64,000 nt of DNA, taken from assembly GCA_964304625.1 (NCBI GenBank), contig OZ199838.1, positions 6,931,731 through 6,995,730 of the forward strand, written 5' to 3'. The notes beneath the pieces are model-generated. The model saw only the letters and a program-made list of their open reading frames with translations. It did not search any database and was not told the DNA's origin. This document shows positions 53,000 through 64,000 of this stretch, in pieces. The DNA is from Kudoa neothunni (Eukaryota > Animalia > Cnidaria). The position numbers were made by a program, and so were the translations under genes. Numbering within the stretch: the first letter of the stretch is position 1; each line of letters opens with the position of its first letter.

Positions 53000-53995
53000 A
53001 TGATCGTGGAAGAAAAATTGCCTTGTAGTGAAGAGAAAATGCGACTGGAATCTTTTGGAGCGATCGCAATAGATGGCCAAATGGTATTGGAATCCACTAG
53101 AAATAACAACGATTCATTGGAAAATTCAACTGTGGATGATGAAATTCAAGACATTAGCAATAATGAGAAGGTGGAGCAACAGAAAATAGAAAATTCCTCA
53201 GCAACCAAGTCAAATCCCCCAAAATCAACTAAAACTAGATGTAAATATAAACGACAATTGTGTAGAATCACACGAATATTACAGACGTTAAATAATCAAA
53301 CCTCACCTAATAACTGCTGTATTTTGAGAAATCAAAAAAATGGTCAATCTGATGGCAACCCCAAGTTGATTTCTCACATGATGATGGCTGAACTTCAACA
53401 CATGTGTAGACAGCAGTTGGTGTTTTTATGTGCGGAAAAACAATTCGGATTTCGTAAAGAGAATCAGGACCTTGCTAACTGTGGAAGAAAAGATCAACAA
53501 ATCAACAAGAATGAACCTCAAAAACAAATGGTGGTCTACCATTCATCTTCAGAGAACAGTGATGATTTTGTTGTAGCTGTCTACGAGGACAAATTAGCCA
53601 AATATCGAAGATACATAGAACTTTTGAATTTGGAACACAATGAACAGCTTCAAAAATACGATATCAAATTCGAGCAAAGAGTAGGCGACTTGGAACAGTT
53701 TTTTCAGGCCAGAGAAAATGACCTCCATTTCGATTACGATCTAAAAATTAAAGAAATAATGTTGGAACAAAAACAAAAAATGTCTACGCTTGAAAATAAA
53801 TTCAAACAAAAACTGGAAGAACAAATAAATGTTTACGTTAGAAAGTTGGACAACAACCAACAAAAATACGTAGATACAGTTCAACACTTTAAAAATGAAA
53901 TCAAACACAGGGAACAACATGTTGCTGCGCTAACAAGCAAATTTAGCACTTTGTTAGAACTAAAAGATAAATTCCTATCATATTACAATTCGTAG
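53000..53995 (+). CDS. Unknown coiled-coil protein (331 aa; ends may be spliced further)
   Basis: A long open frame in AT-rich DNA with an E/K/Q-rich heptad C-terminal half. Confidence 0.7.
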   Translation: MIVEEKLPCSEEKMRLESFGAIAIDGQMVLESTRNNNDSLENSTVDDEIQDISNNEKVEQQKIENSSATKSNPPKSTKTRCKYKRQLCRITRILQTLNNQTSPNNCCILRNQKNGQSDGNPKLISHMMMAELQHMCRQQLVFLCAEKQFGFRKENQDLANCGRKDQQINKNEPQKQMVVYHSSSENSDDFVVAVYEDKLAKYRRYIELLNLEHNEQLQKYDIKFEQRVGDLEQFFQARENDLHFDYDLKIKEIMLEQKQKMSTLENKFKQKLEEQINVYVRKLDNNQQKYVDTVQHFKNEIKHREQHVAALTSKFSTLLELKDKFLSYYNS

Positions 53996-54451
53996 CTAGA
54001 TCTTCGAAAGTATGTATCATTGAATGAGTATTTAGTATGGTCGAATTGGGTAATGGCAACCCTCCTCCGCCATCCTCGTTGCTAGCGATTAACCGACCAA
54101 ATCTAAATGACTCCATAGTCGCGATTAAACCACTGTTACAATCAAAGAAAAATCCTAAGTGCAGCCTCACGGAACTTCAAGTAAATTTGTTGTAATTCCA
54201 ACATTAAAATGAAATGTCTCCAATTTTAGCATGTACGCCAAGTGCTACGACAATTTCTCTCAACGCAAGATCAGAAGGTAGATCTAGGAATTTCTTATAT
54301 CACTGAAAAACTTAACTAATTTTGTAGATAAAAGAACAATTGCTGGTGATTATCTCAAACATGCTTGATTTTTTCGCGGAATACACGCCACCAAAACAAT
54401 AATTAATTAAATATTAAACTCAATTACACACAAACATAATGTTATCATGTT

Positions 54452-54937
54452 TTAATGCGATACAAATTTATTCCTCTTTTTTATAATGTCCCTCCAGTAA
54501 TGAGGTAATCCCAGCCTCTTGGAGCAGATTCAATAGGTTGCCACTTTTATGAGCTTGTACCACTATGTCACATCCGCCAACAAATTTTCCATTAATATAA
54601 ACCTATGAAAAATTAAATAATTTAGCCAGCAATCAGATACTTGCGGATATGTAGGCCACTTGGAATATTCTTTTAATGCTTGTCGTAATTCTTCATCGGC
54701 CAATATATTGTGATAGCTGATCCCGTCATTGGTGTGCAGCTGCAACACTCTTATCACAGAGAGACTAAAACCACACATCGGCTCCGTTTCTGTACCCTTG
54801 ATAAAAGCCACGACTTTGTTCTCGTTGATCATTTTTTCAATAGCAGATCTTGTGTAGGATAAATTACATCGAGCTAATACACTAAAAAGTGAGTATGTGT
54901 TTCTTAGGCTGAACAATCCCCCACTTAATAGCGACAT
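54452..54937 (-). CDS. GLRX5: Monothiol glutaredoxin 5, mitochondrial, 2 exons
   Basis: Presequence, VVAFIKGT..PMCGFS, LKEYSKWPTYPQ|VYINGKFVGGCDIV. Confidence 0.95.
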
Positions 54938-55550
54938 TTTTGTTGAAGGAAATTGTCAATACAAACCTCGTGATACATGCAGGCGCAGGCGTATCTGAGA
55001 TAGGCAGTTCGGAAATAGATTATTGTTGCGTTTTAAGTTATTCATGGATGATTTTATATTATAAATATTATTTTTTAATTGGGGAGATTTCAAAAAATTC
55101 GAATAAATAATTTATATGATTTAAAAAATAATTTTCATTAGACAAAAGTGAAATACTTGATTGAGGTCTTAATGCGCCAATAACGTACTTATGGTTTCAG
55201 ATATTTGACAATGAATCAATTTTTTTAAATCTCGAGTAGATATAAGGATAATTTTTGTATTTTTTTAATAAAGCGACGAATTATTTTATTAATTCTTGTA
55301 TATATAAAATTAAAAAAAGGATTACATGAGCTCTTTTCAAAAGTATTCAAATATTCCGGAAGTCATGAGAAATGGCGATTTATTAAACAAATAGAATTAA
55401 TACAAATTTTTAAATGATTGCTTAGATTATAAAAAATTATAGAAGTTAGAGATTTCCAACTAAAGTTCCAAAAATTAATGTTGCATATGACGTTTTTAAT
55501 CCGACATATACTCCCTTTCGTTTCTCCCTTACATTAGCATAAGACAGATA

Positions 55551-56469
55551 CAGTCGTGCCTCGGTATTGTGTAGTGAATTGGGATCGCCAACTTACTACA
55601 CAACAAAAAATTAGTACGCAATATCGAGTTTTGCCAAAGCGCATCATACAAAAAAATTGATTAAACCATTTACTGGCTCGGTTTTATACATAAATTCATT
55701 TATATAATGAAAAAAAAGTTTTCCAATTCTAATTCATATTTAGAGAAATGGTCTACCATTTTTATCTGCATTTTTCTTTCTTTTAAAATAGCTGATTTTC
55801 AATCCATAATAGGATGTAAATCACATAGACCTTCTGGATCTTGGCTTGCAAAGCTTTGTCTAAGTGTTCTTAAGGCATTCTTAATTTTAGATGTTGACAG
55901 TTTGACGATTAATTGTTCCTTTTGACACTTTAATCAGAGATACTGGCGTATGGCCCGTTATTAAATTGGGCCACTAATAAAGTCCCTCCTCCATTCACGT
56001 TTTCGGCGGTGAGAAATGTCGTAACTGGAAAGATTTTGTTCCATCTAAAAGATTCCGCCCAGGGTTGAATGTTCTTTGTATTTAAAATGTATTTTTTACC
56101 AAAACATAATTACTCTATTACTAAGATCAAATTTCCAAGCTGTTCATTTTAGAACTCCTTATTGACTTAATTAAATTATTACAACCGATAATTTTAAATT
56201 TCTCGTCAACATCCCTCTGTACCCTCGGCATAGTCAAATTTAATACGCAATGTCGAATCAAAACGGGGTTTCCGGACCTTAGAATTGCTACGCAATACAA
56301 AATTACTTCGCAATATTGAGATATTTCATATTAATTTTTTTATTCATAGATATTTTTACACATATTTCACGAGATAATAATGTAATTATTACTCGGCAGT
56401 ATCCAAATTTATAAACAATTAAAAAATAAACGAGATATTGAGCTATTACGCAATATCGAGGCACGACTG
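55551..56469. mobile_element. pogo/Tigger-type non-autonomous element
   Basis: TA|CAGTCGTGCCTCGGTATTGTGTA ... TACGCAATATCGAGGCACGACTG|TA, with internal ACGCAATA repeats. Confidence 0.8.
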
Positions 56470-58116
56470 TATTAATTTATTTTTTACATAATAATGAAAA
56501 GAAGGTTTTATGTTCGGGGTAGAGACCATAATCAGGGGATAGATCATACATCGACTTACAGATTTCACGTAATGATTTAATTTTCACCTTTGATTACACG
56601 AAATACTTAAGTCACTGTACAGTAAAAGGGTGGAATTTTAAAAAAGTAAATATTCTGCTTTGATTTGTTCCATCTTTTTTATGATAAGAAATATATAGAG
56701 CAGGGCTTCCTGATTGGAGGTTCCCCGACTCCCAACTAGAGTCAACGAAAAAAGTTTGAGGCTGAGCATGTTTCGTACACAATTTATCGATTCTAAATAA
56801 TCAGAATCTCTCTCGAAAATATATTATGTGTGATTTGTGCACAATAGAAGCTAAAATAAGTTCGATAAACAAATAGTCATTGGACGGATTTTACTGAAAA
56901 TTAATTTATGTTTTCGATTTACTATTTCTATTTATTAGTAAACGAAATAAAATGATAACTTATTTCTTTGTTATTCGTAAATAAATTATTTAGTTAAAAT
57001 TTTAAATAATATAACGTAAAAAATTTGGAAATTTTTATCATTGAATAGGAATGATAAACGACTTATAAAGTGTTTAAAATAGATTGAATTATTAAAAATT
57101 GTATTATTTATTATTTTTAAGTAAACTATAAGGCAAGTAAGAATTTGACTTTAATTAGCGTTGCAATTAAGTTATTTATTTTTGTCGTTAAATTATTTAA
57201 AATTTTTATACTTCACATTAAATTCAATATGCGCTCAAAAATTGTATAAATTAAAACTTTTCATTCGAAATTGGGTAACATGTTTATTTTTCTCATTTAA
57301 TTTTTAAATTTATAATTAAAGAAAAAAACTACAAAACCAAAAATATCGCGTAAAATCAATTATTCACGTCTGATATTTTTCATAAAAATGTTAACATATC
57401 TAGCATATTTACAAATTAGGATTTATTCATATCTTTATTCGATAAGAGCCTCATTTGACCTAATTATTTTCAAAAGGGGACAAGAAAAAAAATTCAAACA
57501 TTTAATTTGTTGTTAGTTTTATTTATTTTATTCACACTTGTTTTCTTGTTAAAGTGGAGGGCTTTTTTCTTTTAAATGTAACTTTAATAAAATATTTTCC
57601 TCACTTAAAAATACCTCTATGTTAAATCTCTTTTTTGAGAAGAGATGCGAAGTTGTCCTTGTAAGTGATAGGGGTGCGGGAACTAAAATGAATCGAGAAC
57701 CTCTACATTATAGAGGTTCTCAATCAAACTCAGCACTCTTTTTATCACACGTGATACGCTTATTTTTAATGATAAAAAACAAATTAAACTTTATAAAACA
57801 TGATCGATGGTTAAATTGTTTGTTCTAAAATTATCTCTTTCCTAGATGATCTTGTGATGAATCCGAGCATTCTTTAGTAGAGGCCATCACCATGAGGTGT
57901 CACTTCGCTGAAACATTCTGAAATGGGTAATTTTAGATACGTTTGGTTTGTGCATTGTTACCTTCCCACTAAGTTTTTCCAAAACGAAAAGACGTTTTCA
58001 AATGGATATAGGAATGGTGGATGTGAGGGCAGTTATTTTAAGAGTCAATTTATTACCGGGTTATACTCCCCATTTCGGAAATGGCGACAATCTATTTCGA
58101 TAATTTTTTATTTTAA

Positions 58117-58562
58117 CCCTAGAAAGCTCACCAAAAATAGTTACACAAAGGCTCAGTGGGTCCCCTTTTTGGTCCATGTATAAATTGATCAAATAAAGTC
58201 ATCTAATTATCAGAAAATATTTTTTTATAGATTATTTAACTTTAAAAAATAAACAAAATTTTTTCTTTTAATTTCAGGAATTAATAAACTATGAAACATA
58301 TTTTACGATAATTAGGTGACTCTATTTGATCAATTTATACATGGACCAAAAAGGGGACCCACTGAGCCTTTGTGTAACTTTTTGAAAAAGCTGATAAAAA
58401 AATACATAGAATGAAAATTCTTTTTATTCCTGTAAATATAATTACATTAAACTTATTATATACTTTATGTAACATTAGTTTTGTTATATAGAATATCCCT
58501 ACAATTTTATAGGTATTTAATTAAATTTTGGACCCAAAAGGGACCCACTGCGCTTTCTAGGG
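58117..58562. mobile_element. piggyBac-like MITE; related fragment at about 19130-19220
   Basis: TTAA|CCCTAGAAAGC ... GCTTTCTAGGG|TTAA, with long internal inverted repeats (CAGTGGGTCCCCTTTTTGGTCCATGTATAAATTGATCAAATA). Confidence 0.85.
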
Positions 58563-60714
58563 TTAAACTCTTATTGAGTTTACGCAAACGTACGTGAGCC
58601 TGATTGTAGGATAAAATAAAATATTGGAAGATGACCGTAAAAGAATCGGCGCAAATAATGGAAGTTTAGTGGCGGAATTCAAGAAGCCCCGTCTCCTTTA
58701 ACATTACCTACTAAATATCATTCCTTCTGTTATATGTTTTGCTCCATTAAGTGTCAGTAGGATTTAGATTGTATTAGATGTATTTTTAGCATGCTAACGC
58801 TTTTTATTTCAAAATTTTGTTTGATCACTCATATGTTACGTATAAATTTTTTTATTTAAATTATAGTTTGTATATGTTTAAACAACGTTTATTGGAATTA
58901 GTACAAAATTTTAATGAAACTAAGACAATAACATCGAGAACCTCTAAGGTTCCCAAGATACTCCCTTGTTCCTGGTGTGATTTTAACGTTTTCGTTCTCA
59001 TTGGGATAAGGAAACTTGACTATAGCATTAGGCATGTGAATAGAACAAAATTTGAAAGTTAAAATCACATTTTAACGAAATTATAAGGAAAAGTTATTTA
59101 AAAAAATTATGCACACAAAAATTGCTATTAATGAATTAACAGTATGTGATGTTTTATCCCAATTTACCAAGCTTAAGAAAGGTAGTGAATTAGTGGTGAC
59201 CAACCGTATTTATTCCAAAAGAGCCAACATTAAAGTGTCCAGTCATCAAGTATTTTACATGAAGATGCATTTTTTATGGCAGGAAAATTGATGGTATAAC
59301 TAACGACGAACGAGTGAAGATTTTATATGCGCAATTAGGGGATTTCAATCATCATATATGTATATAGATATCGTCACAATTTGAAGAGGTTTTACTAATT
59401 CTTGTTGTTATTTTTGTATTTCATCAGAACTTACTGTGTTTTTCTGTTCTTAAAAAATTTTTTTAATATTAAATGGTTTATTTGTTAAGAGTATTGAATT
59501 TTATATTATATTGTTTTTTGTTGAATACCAAGCAGGATATTAAAACACTTTAAAATGAAAATTTAATTTTTCAACGTTTACCTAATTTCACGCTGAATAC
59601 AATTTCTAAAAAAGTTACGACACATTAAGCCGAAAGTACTTTTATAGATTAACCCTCTCACGGTCGCGCTTTTTAGAAATTCCAATGCTACGTAATCGCC
59701 TATGTCCGAACGGACAAATCTGAATATTGTTACGTATCATATAGTTACTTTCAGAAATTTGATTTTGATTACAAGTAGGATCAAAAATATATTATAATAT
59801 TTTTGAGATATTTTAACCGATAAATTAATTGTGAACTCTATTTTTAACTTAATCGAAACATCTTTCTAGAATAAGGCTATTCATAGCCAATATTGTGATA
59901 GTTAGGCAGTGAGTCTTACTATACTTTTAACAACTCTTAGCATTTTTATAATTTTTATTTGTGTTTTACAGAAAAGATTAACATTTAAGACTTGAGATAT
60001 TAACTTGATTGATTAATATATTTTTAGTTGAGTTTTATTATGATTAGTGTGATATAAATAGTTGTTTTATATCTAATGTTTTATAAGCTGCCCAAAAAAT
60101 GTGGTTCATATATAATGCATTTGGAACCAAAATATAAAATACATTCCTGATATAAAAATCAGCAGGTATAAACACTGGATAATTATGGTATTTATCATGT
60201 TTATTCGTTGTAATACACTTCAACAGGATGACGAGGTTTTAGCACCCGTTGATGCGTAATATCGGTTTTATATCCAATGCAATTAACCTTTTGGATTTAA
60301 AATTAACAATTGGATTCCTTTAATTATTTAACAATTTTCTAGGTTATCACTCTAAACCTATTACGTCTTAATGTTTAAAATCCTGAGATTAGCTAGTAAT
60401 AAGAATAAAAACAATACTGAACAGCTAATAATAGTCAATAAAAATACTGGCTGTCGACAAATAACCAGAAAACCATATTCAAATAAGGTAGACATTGTAT
60501 CGGATCTATAAAATATTTGAATTATTGTACTTTTTGAGGTTATTTTAAGTAAGTTTTAATTGAGGGAATAAGATCAATACTATTTTAATTAGCACTTTAC
60601 TAATAGATCTTAAGATTATATACCAGATAATAGAATTAAAGTTCGCAGTGAAGACTGCTCCGCTTATTTCCTAAGTAGGGAAATCATTCCTATATAAATA
60701 TAACATTGAAAGTG

Positions 60715-62034
60715 AATGAACCTTCTAGATTTATCAATATGAATTATGGCGCAAGTGTTAAGGATGAAAAGTTTCTCTTGGATGACGATAGCTCTTCCAG
60801 GAAAAGCTTAAGTTCCATTGGAATTGAAAGATTTGAATATTTTAAGGAGGTAATAATTTTTCCTATCCATCTCTGACCACTCTACCACGGCATATTACTG
60901 TTGTATAATGGTCATTTTTTATTATACTTTATTTGATGCTACCTACATGTGTGAGTTGTAGTTTATAGTCCTTTATTTGTTTGCTCATTAATTTATTTAT
61001 TATAATACTGTAAATTATTACTGAAATTTTAAGGATTCCAACGAAGCTGATGCAACTACTAAAACTAATGATGGGGTTTCAACTGAAAAGTCATTTTCAT
61101 CGCACGTAACGCCACAAGGTATTGTTTTTGGAATTAAATGAAAAATATTTTATTTTGACTCTTTCTTTGGGCAGTATCGATGGACGCAAAGTTAAATTCT
61201 CTCAATGAAGTAGCGGCTGCTACACCAGGTTCCTCAAGTTGGCTTTTATATTTGCTTATTTCAATCTAATAACATCCATTTCACTATTTTTAGAAGTAAA
61301 GCTAAGAGGCTTGCTAAAATTTAAAAAAAGAGGGAGTAGTTTTAAAGAAAAACTTACACCGAAATGCCAACATATATATACTTCACCAAATATTACGACA
61401 GTAATACAATTTTTCGGCATTGAAATGACTTAAACCCTTCATCCTACTTCTGTCTACTTATTAGAAGGGCGATGATGACATGAAAAAAATATTAGGGGAA
61501 TATCGAGCAAATCAACTATGCGATAGTTGATCGTGACTTTTGTAGTCATTATTAACGATGGTTTTAGGGAAAAAATCTAGTGTCGATCGATTTCGTGATT
61601 TTGATTCACATTTCCATACTGGTTTATTTAATTTTTATCCTGAGATTGATTGAATAACCTATTCTAGATGTACCAGCAACAATTCAACGATGTTTAACAA
61701 TAAGTCATCACCATGAACAAAAAAGTGATACCGAAATCTTAGATAATACTGAAATTTATTTGGGGTACTGTTTGTGTAAGTTTGATGTTCGTTTACAAAG
61801 GATATTAATATAGCGTTGCACCAAAAACACTAGATGCTCCACCCACAGGTTTTTTCAATTCCTCCAAATTAATAAGGACCATTTATGAACTTGTCTATAG
61901 CTAAAACGAAGAAAATGATGGATAAATTATTTGGTAGATTTAAAAGCCCACTATTCAGGACTAGAAGTAAATCATCGAAAAAAAGTTGCCAACCCAACTC
62001 TAATGAAAACAATGGAGATCTATCTATGTTCTAA
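60715..62034 (+). CDS. 3' part of an unknown multi-exon gene (start not resolved)
   Basis: At least 9 exons join in frame through short GT-AG introns (...EYFKE|DSNEADAT...|EVKLRGLLKF...|KGDDDMKK...|AKTKKMMDKLFGRFKSPLF...SMF*). No family was recognised. Confidence 0.55.
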
Positions 62035-63872
62035 TTTAATGACCACATTGGTCTATATTTTTTTCTGCAAAAATCATTTTATATTTCTGTTTATATAAGA
62101 AATATAGTGAACCATATTTTTGTCTGGAATGCGTTATTTATACTCTTAGATGGCATTCATTGAGTTTTATATAACACCAATTTGTATCGCATTTGTCAGC
62201 TGAGGGACAAATCTCGTTTATTTTTTTAGGTATTCTAATAAATATATGAATTTTTTATTTTTTTTATTTAGAGGTTTCTAAATTAATACAATATGTACAC
62301 AAATACACACAAACTATATAATTAAACTCAGCAGTTCTTAGAAGAATTACCTTACTTCGATCCATGCGTTATTAAATATCAACTGTTCTCACCCAGTTGG
62401 CCCATGAATTATTACACTAGAAATGAAATATTTTTAAATTATTAGGATAGAAAAATTAAACATAGGTCATAGCTAGGAAATAAGGAAATAGTTTTGAGAT
62501 TTCCTTAAATTTTTGGAAAAATATTTGACTGTTAAATTTTAAAAATTCCTATAACCCTTAAAAAGATCATATGGGGCCATTATGCCAGTTTCATTGTCAG
62601 GGTTTGTATCGGATTTATTTTACACAAATAAAAAGAGTTGCCATAATTGATTAGTTAATTGAATTTAATTCTATTAAAAGTGTAAATTCAGACCTATAAT
62701 TATAGTCTTTTGCACCGCGATGCCCTAATTATTTTAAGGCAATGATTTTTCTTATTGATCCGTACAATCCAGAAAATTCCTCTTGGTCCGTGTAAATTTC
62801 GTCTATTTATATTCACGTTTTTATTGGGTCATTACTTTGTGCTTGAAAAAAATATTCAAATGCTACTTTGTGATATTGAGTGCTTTGGGCAAGTTATAAA
62901 TCAGGGCTTCCCCATTCATTCTAATTTCCGCACCCTCAAACATTTATGAGGACAACCCCACATATCATCACAAAAAAGAATTTATAAAACGTACTTATTT
63001 TTAGGCGGAGGAAATAATTATACTAAAATTAAATAAAGAGAAATAAATGCGGCCTACTTCTACTAGAAAATAAATGTAAATAGAGTAAATGCAAGTATTA
63101 AATTATATGTTTCGACTTTGTTCTTGTCTTTTTGGTAATAATAAGTCGAAACGAGACTCTGTATTGAATACAGACATGTATACATCATGAGTTATAAATT
63201 AGTTAGATATTTAATATTTCGGCGCAAAATATCAGACTCACGATTCACGCACGTGCGGCTATTGGATTTTGTAATTTTTTGTTTTAATTATAAATTTAAA
63301 AATTAAATGAGTAAAGTAAAAAGGTGACCATATATTTAATAAAAAGTGTTGGTTTTTATAATTTTTGATTGCAAACTGATTTTAACTTGAATTTTAAAAA
63401 TTTCATATAATTCAACAAAAATGTACAAAAAAAATTAATTTTGGATGCTAATTAAAGTTTAATTTTTTATTTTATTCATAGTTTTTAATACTACAATTTT
63501 TAAGAATTTGACCTAGTTTAAATATTTTTTACTTTACACCATTTTTGACTTTAATGGAAAGATCTGTTTACGAATGAAGAGTAATCACCTATCATTTCAA
63601 TTTAATATATTTATAAATAGAAAATAGTAGGTTGAGAATGTAAATTAATCTTCGATAAATTTCATTGAATGACTACAGTGGATGACGTGTAGTTCGCAAT
63701 TTGAGAAATGTTACAAAATTTATGTACACATAAGATTATAATAAGTTATTTATTTCTCAACTATTTTAAAACATTTATTTGACCATTAAGAATATAAATA
63801 AAATATTTATAAATTAACTCTCCGATGATTCGTGGGTAGAATCTACCCCAATGCGATTTTAAAATTCATATA

Positions 63873-64000
63873 CAGTCAAACCTCGATTATCCAGAAAATT
63901 TGGGACCAGCGATTTTCTTTCCGGATAGCGAGGTCATGGTTAATCGAACATAAACAATCTCTTGCGCGCGCGCGGTTTTTAAAATTTATACTTGAGGGAT
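63873..64000. mobile_element. Left end of a pogo/Tigger element
   Basis: TA|CAGTCAAACCTCGATTATCC...GGGACC is a Tigger-type TIR running off the end of the window. Confidence 0.6.

Noticed and set aside
57619-59291. Short ORFs from the track, and similar low-complexity F/I/K/L/N-rich ORFs elsewhere
   Set aside because: Their composition is typical of random AT-rich frames or MITE interiors, with no motifs.
1-64000. CRISPR arrays, rRNA, canonical tRNA or U1/U2/U4/U6 snRNA genes, non-GT-AG introns
   Set aside because: None were seen by eye. All reconstructed introns could be placed at GT-AG.

Overview
AT-rich eukaryotic nuclear DNA with compact housekeeping genes broken by very short GT-AG introns (mostly about 40-60 nt). 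Blocks of nested, decayed DNA transposons lie between the genes (Mutator/MULE, pogo/Tigger, Tc1/IS630-like, hAT, piggyBac-like). The proteins are animal-like but very divergent, which fits a fast-evolving parasitic metazoan such as a myxozoan; this is inference, not proof. Genes reconstructed by hand-splicing: QTRT2, eIF6, an unusual histone H3, SURF1, mitochondrial ribosome recycling factor, RPS2/uS5, KIN17, SF3B2, WBP11, GLRX5 and four genes of unknown function. Main points worth a second look: (1) H3 has a rewired N-terminal tail and no histone stem-loop. (2) RPS2 has a single +1 frameshift at a TAA. (3) An NRF1-like or CRE/E-box motif sits a few to about 70 bp upstream of most start codons. 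(4) 5' splice sites have almost no consensus beyond GT. (5) Several intergenic islands fold into G-U-supported stems and are candidate unannotated ncRNAs. (6) A Tc1/IS630-like family has DD32E spacing. No CRISPR array, rRNA or convincing tRNA was seen.
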